Counted from the first letter of the stretch, positions 8,503-20,940 are shown. The stretch: 64,000 nt of DNA from Phyllobates terribilis (GCF_046119375.1 NW_027362762.1:454832001-454896000), one strand, 5' to 3'. Program-made: numbers and translations. Notes: generated by a model from the letters alone, not told the origin.

Positions 8503-10257
8503 CGTTGTTACTGACAGTGAATAGCTTAGCAAAGGTAGCATACCGGGGTAAATGGACCTCTTTCTCCACACAATTCAGGATGCGTATCGGTACTCTCCCC
8601 TTGCGGACATCAACTACCCCCCTTGCTGTCAAGATGGTGGGCCTACTGTCAGAGTACACGGGTTCTACCAGGGCCTGATAATTTTGACCCCTGAGACCTA
8701 TTGCTGCCCGACACCATATTATCATTTCACTCCTAGGGGGCATTGCAATGGGGAATGGATCACTCATCCTGACACTGCCAATTTCTCCACCAGACAGCTC
8801 TACCTGTTGTCTTTTCATCAGGGCTCTGATTTCCATCTGTAGAACTCGCTGCTGACTGGAACTGGCAGTCTCTGCAACAAAACAATTTCTCCAAGACAAT
8901 TTTCTATCACATTGGTGCCTAAGGTTATCATAGGATGACTGTCTCAGGGATCAATATCAACAATAATCATTCCTTGTGATGGCAATTCTACTCGGCCAAC
9001 TTTTATGGTCACCTGTTTATACCCCACCTGAGGCAAGGGCTGACCATTGCTGGCATAGATGCTAAGATGTTCATCTTGACTGCTGGTAATGTCTGAGTCA
9101 GTCTAGTATAGTTTATAAAGGATATATGGCATCGTTGTCACCTGGGACCCAGTGTCCAGCAGTGCGTTCATCGGGATGCCATCAAGCACGACAGGCAGGA
9201 CCGGTCGTCCTCCCACGTGCTTGTCTCGCCAGTTTTGTGGGCCTGGTCGTCTTACTCCTGCGGGGTTGACCCACTGCCCCAGGGGTTGCTCGTTTAAATT
9301 GCAGAATCTTGTGATGTGCCCCGCCTTTTGACAGCGGCGACAGATGGGTTGTCCGTTCTGGTCTTAGCGATCGCTGTTTCTCCCTCTGGTCGGTGGAATC
9401 TTTCTCTGCCGTCGCCACGGGACATCATCTGGACTGGAAACCAGCTGGATCTTTTCCTTTGGAGACACTTGCATGGCCTGCACAGTTTTGGTTAGTGTAG
9501 CCATACTTTTTGTCAGCTCCTGGACCTGAAGGCGTAGGTCCGCAGATGGATCATTATCTAGGGTCTGCGCGTCAGCCCCCACAGGTGCTGGGGAAAAGGA
9601 CGCCACCTCCTGGTGGTATGTGATAGCTGGGCGCTGGAGGGATGCAGTGCCACCTGGGGTTGGTTCTCGTAGCACCCGGATGGCTCGGTCTTTAAATTGC
9701 GCAAAGTCCAGATCAGGGTTTTGCAGAGCCATAATGCGCAGCTGTATCCGGTGAGAGTTAGACAGGAGCCCCTCAATAAACTGCTCAGTTAGCAATCTGT
9801 CCTCGTCTTACACACTGTCAGGGTCTACCTGTTTAATGGCCCGCAGCGCCTCCTGCAGGTTTAGAGCATAGTCCCGTACACTGTCCTGCACCCTTTGTTT
9901 GCACCTGTAGAACTTCATTTTAATCTCTGCTGCTGTGCGGGTGTCAAAGGTATCCTTCAACCGGGCCAGTATTTCCTTAACAGTGCCTTTGTCCCTGCCC
10001 GGCCAGGACTTCACCTCTCTCTGGGCTGCATCGATTAGCTGGCCTATGAGGATACTGACTTTTTGCTCCTCAGACAGGGGGTACACTTTAAACAAACTGC
10101 GCAGTCTCTCCTCAAAGTCGGTCAGGGTGCTTGACTCCCCTGAGTACTGGGGCAACCACGCCGCCCCTGGTATATATGGCATTGATAACGGCATTACAGT
10201 GGCGGCTGCCGGGCCCGCAGCTAGATCCTCTCCCAGGTTGGGCATCTTCCTCCCCAC
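8503..10257 (-). pseudogene. gag: Element A gag (PNMA-like, CCHC knuckle), protease and PR-RT linker
   Basis: MPYIPGAAWLPQYSG gag start region; in-frame stops at 9808 and 9364; knuckle CRRCQKAGHITRFC; slippery TTTAAAC at 9292-9298; protease LLDTGSQVT near 9148-9156. Confidence 0.9.
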
Positions 10258-10710
10258 TAGTGAACCTCAGCCAGGTCCTGGGTTTCTGCTGATGTACCAG
10301 TCTGCTGCTCTGCAGGTCACTGTACAGCTGCACTCTTGCTGCACAGCTTCTCACACTTGTATTGTATTCACAGAACTGCAGCAGCTGGGTGGATGGGATC
10401 ACACAGCACAGAGCTTCATCAGCTGGGATGGATGGATGGGATCACACAGCCCTCTGCAGGGGGAGGCAACAATCTCCCCCCTCAGTCTGATGCAAAGGGG
10501 AAGGCTGGCACCTTTCAGCCTGAGTGACAGACAACTCTGGTACAGTCTATGCAAGTGGGAGGGGCCTATTTTGACACCGATTCTGAGGCTCCTCCCACGA
10601 TGGGACACCCCACATATCATTAACTCCGCATGTGCTACAGTAATGGCTGCAGTTTATACAGTTATACACAGTCTTTGTGGCACACAGGACCCGGTTATAT
10701 CGGGCTTCGT

Positions 10711-10730
10711 GAATCCTGTTCGTGACGCCA
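10711..10730 (-). promoter_or_regulatory. PBS of element A, tRNA-Ser (CGA-type 3' end)
   Basis: The minus strand reads TGGCGTCACGAACAGGATTC, complementary to the tRNA-Ser 3' end GAATCCTGTTCGTGACG-CCA (recalled from memory). Confidence 0.85.
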
Positions 10731-11581
10731 AGTACTCCCTGGGCCGTGGGGTACTCGGTAGCCGGGCCGGTCAATAAAAGGGGTTTTAAAGAAAAGGGAA
10801 TAGCGTTTCTATATATAATGTTCGTGACGCTACCTGTGGTATGCGGCTATATGGAGCCGGCGCTGCGGTGCAGATCCTCTGGAGCTGATGATGACGCAGC
10901 AGAGTTGGCTCAGCTCTCCACAGGCAGAGCTTAGTTCCAGGGCAGGAAGTGGTGATGTTATAGATGTTGCTGTGCAGTGTAGTGCAGGGGATGGGGGAGA
11001 TAATGACCAGTCCACAACTTAATGGTGGTTTCCTCTTACCTTTACTTGCGGTGGTTAGGCAGACCGGGGCACGGGTACTAGCTGGTAGTAGAGGTCCAGG
11101 CGGCCTGGAAGCAAGTTGGGAATCCACCCTGCCAGGTGAAGTTGTAGGCCTTCCCTTTGCGCTAATCTCTTTGGCCCTGGTGCTTATAGCTGTGCTGCGG
11201 CCCTCGTCCCTGAGTAAAACGTCTTTGTGCTCACCCATATGGCAGGCAGATCGGGCCTTCCTGGAGTGTCGCTCCCACGTGGCGGTGCTGGGCCCTATGT
11301 GCTGCTGAGCTTCTGGGCGTCTGATGGGGCCAGGAGACTTGCAGTCTCCTGCTTCCGGTTTCTGCTGCTGGGCCTTCAGTGCCCCACAACGTCGGACTCC
11401 GGTGTCCAGTTCTTCTGCGCTTCCCTCTGGGGTGAACTGCCCTGCAGCTCGACTCCCCAGGTCTTTCTTCGTCGCTGTCCTGTATTCAACTCCTCTCACT
11501 AACTCTTACTAACCCCGCCTCCAGATTCCAGTTGCTAAGGGGAGGAGCTCCACTTGCTGGTCTGGAGCCAGGAAAGTGTTG
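10731..11581 (-). repeat. 5' LTR of element A; U5 terminus damaged and U3 head interrupted by element D
   Basis: Co-linear with LTR D (CCCTGGGCCGTGGGGTACTCGG..GTTCGTGACG..CCTGTGG). It lacks the terminal GGCGCGTCA and breaks at 11581. Confidence 0.8.
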
Positions 11582-12682
11582 TGACGCGCCCCCTGGGCCG
11601 TGGGGTACTCGGCAGCCGGGCCTCTTACGGATGCCGGTATGGGGAATATCACGGTGGCTGGCCCGGGCCGTGACCCAGGGCGGTCAGTAAAAAGGGGGAT
11701 TTGATAGGGGATTTGGAAAGTTCGTGACGCCACCTGTGGAATGCGGCCTATGGGAGCCGCCGCTGCGGAGCAGTCCTCTGGAGCTGGTGTTACGGCAGCA
11801 GGAATGATGTGGCTCTCCACAGGTAGAGCTAGCTCCAGGGCAGTGTAGGGGTAGATGGTGGATGCTGGGGAGAGACGGCAGGATGGTCCCGGAGGAAAGA
11901 CGGACACTCACACGGGGGTAAGCTTCAGTGCCTTTACTGGTGATGTTGCAGGCATGGTCCAGGGTACTCCGGGCGAAGGGCGCACTTCTGGACTCTCCCC
12001 AGTGAGCGGGTATATGGCCTCCTGATCCGTGGCTTTACTCACTAAGCTTCTGGCCTGCCTGGAGCTAGGCCTAGCTTGGTTACTGTCTCTCTTTGCACCT
12101 GCTGACCTAGTGGTAGGGCCTTCTTTTGGAAATCACTCTCCCTGTACACTGGGGCCTCCGTGTCTCCTAGCCCTGGTACTGTAGTCAGCATTAGGTAAAC
12201 CTGGGACCTGTAGTCCTCCAGGGGTTCCGGTGGTTCCTACTGGGTATAAATGCCCCTGTAGGCGTAGACCCGGTGTCCGGTATATATCTCGGGGTGAGCC
12301 TGGTATGCTCCTCTGCCCCCCTCGCTACTTCTTCCTTCTCCTCTCGCCTTTGACCCACTCAAGGTCCTCACTAGGCCTTCACACGTGCTGTAGGCCTAGG
12401 CTTGCCTAAGCACAGCAGCCAGCGCGCAGCCTCTTTGCTGCTCTCTGAGCGTCAGCACGCTCTCTACTCAACTCTGAGCTCTGTCCCTCTCTGTGTCTGA
12501 GAGACTAACTAACTCACTGAGCTGCCTGGCTCCACCCTCCCTATATATATCCCTAACGGGCTCCCTCTGCTGGTCTGAGGTGGTAGGGTGGAGGTGTGTG
12601 AATGTGTGAGGTCCTCTTGTGGAGAAGTCCATCCATGCACCCTTCTGGGTTCTGTAGCACCAATGCGCAGCAGGGTGCCACA
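11582..12682 (-). repeat. 3' LTR of element D
   Basis: The minus strand runs TGTGGCACCCTG...GGGGGCGCGTCA and is preceded by a PPT. Confidence 0.85.
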
Positions 12683-13029
12683 TTCCCCCGTAGTAAAACT
12701 CAGTACTCCTGGACTGAAGCATTTTTTTTCAAAACAGGTTAACAATAACATTTCTTCCCTTTATGGGAGGCACTTTTCTTGAACGTTACAGGTAACATTA
12801 TAATACAATAATAACAATTATGAATAACATTAAAGTTACAGCAAGTCCCGTAACCTGGTGTCCATTTCACCGAAGAAAGAACATGAGGGACCCGCCTGAA
12901 AACCCTCAACGAACGCCCTGGGCGTGGCTACAGGGCATTGGTGATCCAGGTGCTGGACCACGTCTTTGGCCACGCCAAATGGGTTTTTGTTCCGTGGTCA
13001 CTTAAGGGGCACTCCAGGGAGTGCAACTA

Positions 13030-14600
13030 CACTGTGTTCCAAATTATTATGCAAATACTATTTTCTCAGATTTTCCCAAATTACCTATATGAATTGCAGT
13101 CATTGTAATTTTCCAGTCAAATAACTATCAGAGTACAATTGAAAGGTTTTTGTACAAACTGCCTATGATAACAGTATATTTTTTAAAAAATAAAACACTC
13201 AAAACTGCACTCAAAATGCATGTTCCAAATTATTATGCACAGCAGAGTTTTCAACCTTTTCATTTTAATAAAGAACAAAAAAATGGTCATTTTTGAAATT
13301 ATAAGCATTAGCAGGTTATTACAAACTGAAATCAAACAGTTTTCAACTCAAAACTTTATTCTAGGTGATGTAACATTTGCACATAGGACCCCTTGTTGGA
13401 AAGAAGCTTCTGAACTCTCTCATTCATTGAATTTGTCAGGTTTTGGATGGTTTCTGCTTCAATTGTTTTGCATGAGGACAGAATACCCTCCCAGAGCTGT
13501 TGCTTAGATGTGAACTGCCTCCTGCCATCATAGACACTCCTTTTTATGATGCTCCAGAGGTTCTCAATGGGGTTGAGGTCAGTGGAGCATGGGGGCCACA
13601 CCATAAGTTTGTCCCCTTTTATGCCCATAGCAGCCAGAGATGCAGATGTGTTATGTGCAGCATGAGACGGGGCATTATCATGCATGAAATGATCTCGATG
13701 GTCCAGATGGATGGAGTGGAGGATGGCTGGTTGATGGACACCCCATGCAAACACGGCTACGGCGCTAACAAGGAGGAGGTGGAGTAATGTTTTGGGCTGG
13801 AATCATGGGGAGAGAGATTGTCAGCCCTTTTAGGATCCCTGAAGGGGTAAAGATGAACTCCATAATGTATGTTGAGTTTCTCAAACAGCACTTCCTTCCA
13901 TGGTTCAAGAAGAAGAACCGTGCATTCCGCAGCAAGATCATTTTCATGCATGATAATGCCCCGTCTCATGCTGCACATAACACATCTGCATCTCTGGCTG
14001 CTACGGGCATAAAAGGGGACAAACTTATGGTGTGGCCCCCATGCTCCCCTGACCTCAACCCCATTGAGAACCTCTGGAGCATCATCGAAAGGAGTGTCTA
14101 TGATGGCGGGAGGCAGTTCACATCTAAGCAACAGCTCTGGGAGGGTATTCTGTCCTCATGCAAAACAATTGAAGCAGAAATAATCCAAAACCTGACAAAT
14201 TCAATGAATGAGAGAGTTCAGAAGCTTCTTTCGAACAAGGGGTCCTATGTGCAAATGTTACATCACCTAGAATGAAGTTTTGAGTTGAAAACTGTTTGAT
14301 TTCAGTTTGTAATAACCTGCTAATGTTTATAATTTCAAAAATTACCATTTTTTTGTTCTTTATTAAAATGAAAAGGTTGAAAACTCTGCTGTGCATAATA
14401 ATTTGGAACATGCATTTTGAGTGCAGTTTGAGTGTTTTATTTTTTTAAAAATATACTGTTATCATAGGCAGTTTGTACAAAAACCTTTCAATTGTACTCT
14501 AATAGTTATTTGACTGGAAAATTACAATGACTGCAATTCATATAGGTAATTTGGGAAAATCTGAGAAAATATTATTTGCATAATAATTTGGAACACAGTG
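13030..14600 (+). mobile_element. Tc1-like DD37E (TRT-type) foldback derivative
   Basis: Termini CACTGTGTTCCAAATTATTATGCAAAT, TA on both sides. About 670-bp inverted arms (13030-13695 and 13931-14600) both encode the transposase C-terminus. 37 residues lie between HD and NPIE. Confidence 0.92.
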
Positions 14601-14764
14601 TATGTACATGACAGTTTTTGGGCTGCTCACAGTCCTCAGCTACCGAGTCCTTTATATATACCCTGACGGGTAATTAAATAAACATATGGTTAATTTCAGT
14701 TTATACAATAAACAATATTCAATACCCGACTGGGTAACTATTTACACTGTCAATGTTTCTCTAT

Positions 14765-17700
14765 CTACTCTCTATACCTGACGGGGGTCTGGCCTTTTGT
14801 GCTACGCGATGACCTACGTAGTACTGGAATGCGTGTAGTGTGGATGCTTGCGCTATTTTCCGCTCTATGTGTTAGTGGACTGCAATGAACAAATAAAGTA
14901 GCACACTGTAACACTGAGTATATAGATATGAAATATGAATAGCATAACTGCTGTAGAAAATAGAAATAAATGAAAAAAATTTTTGAAAATTTTTTTAGCG
15001 CATGTAAATATGAAGAATGGAAAATGAATAGCATTACTGCTGTAAATAAATGAGAAATCTTAGCGCATAAATTGGCCAATTCATGTGTACCTGACAGCCG
15101 CGGTAAGGCGTTTCTCGATGTCAGGACCTATCAATGTGAATACCTCTCTAAGAGACCTCCGTCTGCTTATGTATGGGAAAGACAGATCCTGATGCATTTA
15201 AAACCACCTGCGGCATGGGGGTGGGGGTGGAGTGCTCAGTCAACGCTGAATCTAGTAACAAAGAAAATGACGGCACTTCCACTACAAAAACTAGGTGTGA
15301 ACAGGTGCTTACTAAGAGCAGCTACCTCCATATATAATGAACAAATAAAGTAGCACACTGTAACACTGAGTATATAGATATGAAATATGAATAGCATAAC
15401 TGCTGTAGAAAATAGAAATAAATGAAAAAAATTTTTGAAATTTTTTTTAGCGCATGTAAATATGAAGTATGGAAAATGAATAGCATTACTGCTGTAAATA
15501 AATGAGAAATCTTAGCGCATAAATTGGCCAATTCATGTGTACCTGACAGCCGCGGTAAGGCGTTTCTCGATGTCAGGACCTATCAATGTGAATACCTCTC
15601 TAAGAGACCTCCGTCTGCTTATGTATGGGAAAGACAGATCTTAGTAAGCACCTGTTCACACCTAGTTTTTGTAGTGGAAGTGCCGTCATTTTCTTTGTTA
15701 GTGGACTGCAAGACTGCCTTGACCTCTCTACGGGACTGGCAAGTACACTGGTTACTGGGCCTGCTGGCTTTGCTTCTACTGGTGATCCATCTTCCGGGGA
15801 TTCTTCCTGAGCAGGCTCTTCCGGGGCACTTACAGGTCTTACTTGCAGTGGAGAGTCTTCTGGCTGTTGGTAGAAGTGTAGCACAGGTATTATTACCACT
15901 CCATCCAGTTGAGGCCAATCTGCCGGGAAATCTCCTAAGACGGTATGGAGCACTTCTTCTTTAGGCTCCTCCGGTACAGTGAGAGGCACTTCCTCCTGGG
16001 GCTTCAGCGGACTTGGGCACAACTTCAGATGGTCTCTTGATACCGTTGCAGTTGTTCTTCCTCCGTCTTTGCTAATTAGACAGGTTTTCCTATTGTCGAA
16101 TCTGGAATTCAACACAGTGTAAGGTTCCCTTTCCCACTGGTCGTCAAGCTTGTGGCTTCTTCTCTTTCGTTTCAGCACAACTTCTCCAAGGGTCAAGGGT
16201 TCAGCTGGTGCACTCTTGTTGTACTGTGCTTCCTGCTTATCTCTCACCCTATTTAGACTGTCTTCGACAAAGGCCTGTACTCTCCTGTACTGCTCCTGTC
16301 GGGTCACATCCCAGTCTTCAGTGGACATATCTGCTTCTGGCTCTACCACTCCAAGCTCCAGGTCCATGGGCAACTTTCCGTGTCTTGCTCTCATGAGGTA
16401 TGCTGGAGTACAAATTGGTGGAACTCGCAGGTATGTGATTGTACAGATCTACCAGGTCAGGTAGTTTGCCTGGCCACTGGTTTCTTTCTTCTAAAGGTAA
16501 GGTCTTCAATAGGTCGATGACTATGTTATTCATCTTTTCACATAACTCATTGGTTTGGGGGTGGTACGGTGTAGTCCGTATCTTCTTACACCCGTACAGA
16601 TTGCAAAACTCCTTGAAAAGCTCGGCTTCAAAGGCAGGGCCTTGATCCGTCAGCACCTTATCTGGGTATCCATGGGGCCTGCAGAGGTAGGCTTGAAACG
16701 TCCTTGCTGCAGTTTCTGCCGTCAGATCCTTGACGGGGGCTGCCACGAGGAACCGGGAGTAGTGATCCACCATGGTCAGGGCATACGAGTAGCCTGACCT
16801 GCTAGGTGACAGCTTGACGTGATCCAGAGCGACAATCTCCACGGTCTGGGTTGTCTTGATGGACTGCAGGGGTGCCTTCTGGCTGCTGTAGTGTTTTCTT
16901 CTGAGGCTACAGGGTCCACAATTCCGGCACCACCTCTCTATGGAACTCCGCATTCCAACCCAATAAAACCGATTCTTCAGGAGGGTTTCCAGCTTCTTCC
17001 AGCCAAAGTGCCCTGTTTGATCGTGGTAGGCCTCCAATACCATCTGGATGTCTGTCCTGGGCACTACGATCTGTCATACCATCTCATGGGTCCTGGGGTT
17101 AACATACCTCCGGCACAGCTTCTCTCTATAGATGAACAGCCGGCTTCTCTCATTCCACAGTTGCTTGGCTTGTGGAGGAGCGTCCTTCTCCAGGGAGGAA
17201 CCTTCCTGGGTTATCAGTTCTTTGATACGGCTGACAACCGGGTCGCTGTCCTGGGTCTCCTTCCAACTGTGATGAGGTAAAGGGTTTAGTGTCTTACCAC
17301 GATACCTCTTGGAGGTGCGCTGCTCCTGGACCATCCCATTTCTGTGGAAGGCAGGTAGCTCAATCTCCTCCAGGTCATCCACTTCTTCTTCAGTGTCCGA
17401 CTGGTGAGGCATTCTGGATAGGGCATCGGCGTTGGCGTTCTTGTGGCCTGCCCGGTACTTGATGGTGAACTGATAGTTTTACAGCCAGGCCACCCAACGC
17501 TGTTCCATGGCTCCCAACTTGGCTGTCTCTAGATGTGTCAAGGGGTTGTTGTCAGTGTAAGCCGTAAACTTACTGGAGGCCAAGTAGTGCTTGAATCGTT
17601 CAGTGATGGCCCAGACCAAGGCCAGGAACTCCAACTTGAAGGAGCTATAGTTTTCTGGATTCCTCTCGGTCGGGCGAAGCTTCCTGCTAGCATAGGCAAT

Positions 17701-19720
17701 CACCTTCTCCTTGCCATACTGCTTCTGACTCAACACAGCTCCTAGTCCCTCGTTGCTGGCATCAGTGTACAGCAGGAAAGGTTGGCTGTAGTCAGGATAG
17801 GCCAGGATTTCTTCGCCGGTCAGTATCTCCTTCATCACTGCAAAGGACTCAGCCTGCTCTTTACCTCACTGGAAGGGGGGGTTCTTGCCTCTGTTGGACT
17901 GTCCTACCAGGAGATCTTGCAAAGGCGCTGCCTTCTTGGTGTAGTCCTTCGCAAATCTCCGGTAATAACCGACTAGTCCCAGGAACTGACGTACCTCCTT
18001 GAGATTCTTCGGTTCCGGCCATTTCTGGATGGCAGTGACCTTCTCCGAGTCTGGTGCTACTCCTTCTGGACTGACGATGTGCCCCAGGTACTGAACCTTC
18101 TGTTTAAGCAGGTGACACTTGGAAGGCTTCAATTTCATCCCATACCGAGACAACGCCTCAAATACCTCCGCCAGGTGCTTCAAATGGTCCCCATACGTCT
18201 TGGAGTACACTATCACGTCATCCAGGTATAGCCGCTCGAAGTTATGGTGTCCCAAACAGCACTCCATCAATCTCTGGAACGTTCCAGGAGCGTTGCAGAG
18301 TTCGAAGGGCATACTATTGAACTCGCAGAGTCCCATCGGTGTAGTGAAGGCAGTCTTCTCCCGGTCCTCCTCAGCAACTGCTACTTGCGAGTACGCACTA
18401 GTGAGGTCAAGGGTAGAGAAGTAATTTTCAGACTTTAATGCAGCCAGGGATTCCTCTATATGGGGTAAAGGGTATGCATCTTTGTGTGTTATGCGATTTA
18501 CCTGTCTGTAATCTACACACATCCTCATGCTTCCATCCTTTTTCCTGACCAGGACCAGGAGAGCTGCCCAGGGGCTACAGCTATCTCTTATTACCCCTGC
18601 CTTCTTCATGTCATGCAACATTTCCTTCGCTTTCTGGTAGTGTGCTGGTGGTATGGGCCTGTAACGATCTTTGATGGGTGGATGGTCACCTGTGGGTATA
18701 TGGTGTTGTACCCCTTTAATCCTCCCAAAATCAAGTGGGTGTTTGCTGAATACCTGCTCGTATTCCTGGACCACCCTGTATACGCCTTGTTTTTTGATGG
18801 ACAGGAGTGGCATCAGTCCCAACATTGAGCTGTTGACACCAATCCCCCACCTGGGTTTCTGAGTCATTGTCCTCCACTGTATCTGGTGGGGTCAAGGATT
18901 CCATTGTGTGTATGGCCTCATCATTCACAGTATACAACCTGGCAACAGTGTCATATCTTGGTAACTTAACTTCATCCTCCCCACAATTTAGGAGACGTAC
19001 GGGTACCCTCCCATTATGTACATCAACTACCCCTCTGGCAGTTAAGAGTGTAGGTCTGTGCTCCGAGATAATGGGCTCCACTACCGCCTGGTAGTTCTGT
19101 CCTTTGAGACCTATTGCTGCCCTACACCAAATCAGCATTTCACTCATCGGGGGACTCACAATTGGTATCGGGTCTGTCACCCGTACATTACCAATTTCAC
19201 CACCTGTTAGCTTTACCTGTTGCTGGTACAGGAGGGCTCGTATCTCTCTCTGGAGCACCTTCCTCTGCCCTGGTTTGGCGGTGTCAGCAATCTGTTGGAG
19301 CAAAAACAACACTTCTCCCAAACAGTTACCGACAATATTTGTGCCAAGTATCATATACAAGTCTGTATCACCAGGATTAGACTCCACTACAATCAGTCCT
19401 TGGTCCTTTAGTTCCGCTCTCCCCACCTTCACTGTCACGTTCTTAACCCCTACTAAGTTAAGAGGAAGGCCGTTAGAGGCATACACGGAGAGGTTCGGGG
19501 ATGGCGGCTGGAGTTCATCTACGGACCAGTACCTTTTGTAGAGGACATCAGGTATGATGGTTACCTGAGATCCAGTGTCCAGCAGGGCAGGTGTCGTGAT
19601 GCCATCCAGCACAATGGACAGGAAAGGTCTTCCTCCCACGAACCGATGGTACCAGCTTGATGGGCCTGCTTGATTTACTCCTGGGTGTTGGCCCTCGGCC
19701 CCAGGATTTGCTCGTTTAAA
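14765..19720 (-). pseudogene. pol: Element D pol: protease (LLDTGSQ), linker, RT (YLDD), RNase H (YTDAS), integrase (H-H-C-C, DQG, HPQTN), C-terminal RRSSRSTKGQTPVRY
   Basis: ORF pieces 18731-19789, 17866-18867, 17479-17838, 17074-17412, 16318-17064 and 15600-16394; true terminus at 14765; several frameshifts and stops. Confidence 0.93.
14885..15695. mobile_element. 811-bp insertion with tandem and inverted segments and a 15-bp TSD; probable non-autonomous Penelope-like (TPRT) insertion
   Basis: TSD TGTTAGTGGACTGCA at 14870-14884 and 15696-15710. A ~305-bp direct repeat (14885-15190, 15337-15640); 15641-15699 is the reverse complement of about 15257-15315. Confidence 0.6.
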
Positions 19721-20763
19721 GGACAGTTCCGCCCTGTGTGGCCTGCCTTCCGGCAGCGGTAGCAGATGAATTCTCCTGGAGGGTGACATTGGTCGTTGGT
19801 CCTCCCACGGGGTGGCGTTGTCCTCCTCCGGGGTGGCGTTGTCCTCCTTCTTCTCCTCATCCAGCGGACATCCTCAGGGCTGTCGGCGAGTAGGATCCTT
19901 CCTTCCGGCTCGGGCTCCGTCTGTAGCTGCAGGGTGCTCAGGACAGTGGCCAGGGTTTTACTTAACTGGCGCACTTCAGAGCGTAGGCTGTCCAGCTCGC
20001 TAGGAGGCACTGTTTGCATCTTTGTTTTAGCCGTTAATGAAGGAGCAGTGGGTGCTGCAGGCACTGGGGTTGCCCCACCCTGGTAACGCTGGATAGCAAT
20101 GTCTGTTGTTTCCAGAGGCTGCAGCCCCTTTATAGCCATGTCCTTAAGGGTGTCAAAAGTGGCATCTGGATGGTCTAAGGCCCACCACAGTACAGTTCTG
20201 CTCTCCTCCTGGGACCTCAACCCCCGGATGAACTGTTCCGTCAGCATTTTATTTTCATTTTGTATGCTGGCTGGACTAACCTGTTTCAGGGCCCGCAGGG
20301 CTTGCTGTAAGCACCAGGCATAGTCCCGTATACTGTCCTCCGGTTTCTGGACACAGTGGTAGAACCTCATCCGGAGATCCGTCTCAGTGCGGTTTTCAAA
20401 CACAGTTTGCAGTCTCTTAAAGATGATGGATACTGATTCCTGGTCTGCGGCTGGCCAGGTTTCAACTTCCCGCTCTGCGGCACCAGTCAATTGTCCCACC
20501 ACAACAGCGGCTATCTGCTTACCAGTCATAGAATACATGTCTAGCACACCGCATATTTTTCTCTTGAATCCGGACAGGGTGTCTGGTTTGCCATTATACT
20601 GGGGAAGCCATTTCGAGCCAGGGATACACGGCAGGGCCATGGGTATCAACGGGGTCATGACCCCTGCTGGTGGAGCGGCCGCTGCGGCCTGTGCAGCGCC
20701 GGGCGCAGGTTGGCCATCAGGAGCGTTAACCGGTGCTCCGGCGGCTTGCTGGTCGTCAGCCAT
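19675..20763 (-). CDS. gag: Gag of element D (PNMA-like capsid plus CCHC knuckle), open frame
   Basis: 362-aa ORF with WLPQYNG, MRFYHCVQKPEDSIRDYA and CYRCRKAGHTGRNC; slippery TTTAAAC at 19714-19720. Confidence 0.9.
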   Translation of the reverse strand: MADDQQAAGAPVNAPDGQPAPGAAQAAAAAPPAGVMTPLIPMALPCIPGSKWLPQYNGKPDTLSGFKRKICGVLDMYSMTGKQIAAVVVGQLTGAAEREVETWPAADQESVSIIFKRLQTVFENRTETDLRMRFYHCVQKPEDSIRDYAWCLQQALRALKQVSPASIQNENKMLTEQFIRGLRSQEESRTVLWWALDHPDATFDTLKDMAIKGLQPLETTDIAIQRYQGGATPVPAAPTAPSLTAKTKMQTVPPSELDSLRSEVRQLSKTLATVLSTLQLQTEPEPEGRILLADSPEDVRWMRRRRRTTPPRRRTTPPRGRTNDQCHPPGEFICYRCRKAGHTGRNCPLNEQILGPRANTQE

Positions 20764-20940
20764 GGTTGCGCCCCCCTAGTAAACCGTAGCCTACCTTCTT
20801 CACTTTTTATCACGTATGCCGCAACTCTGCTTGCGACGGTCTTCTTCCAGGACCTTGCGTCGCTCATGTCTGATGTCAGTGTCCTCTGGGCTCCTTCCAG
20901 GACCTGACGCTTCCTGGTTCGACGTCAGGGGCGGGGCGTG

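Larger units (their letters stand above)
11582..20940 (-). mobile_element. Ty3/gypsy element D (gag, PR-RT-RH-IN order, non-chromoviral); 5' LTR and PBS missing
   Basis: 3' LTR 11582-12682, PPT 12683-12698, 3' UTR, pol 14765-19720, gag 19675-20763. Confidence 0.88.

Noticed and set aside
15085-15130. Possible hammerhead in the 811-bp insert (minus strand CTGACATCGAGAAACG..GTC)
   Set aside because: It lacks the CUGANGA core and stem II, and stem I cannot be paired.
14765-20763. Assignment of A and D to the Gmr1 clade
   Set aside because: The Gag and 4-bp TSD are similar, but D has the standard PR-RT-RH-IN order, not the PR-IN-RT order that defines Gmr1.
20745-20778. GGGGGCGCAACCA-TGGCTGACGACC read as a short LTR end plus PBS
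   Set aside because: The TGG is the gag start codon context (ATGGCT), and I recognise no matching tRNA 3' end; no second copy of a 260-bp LTR exists in the window.
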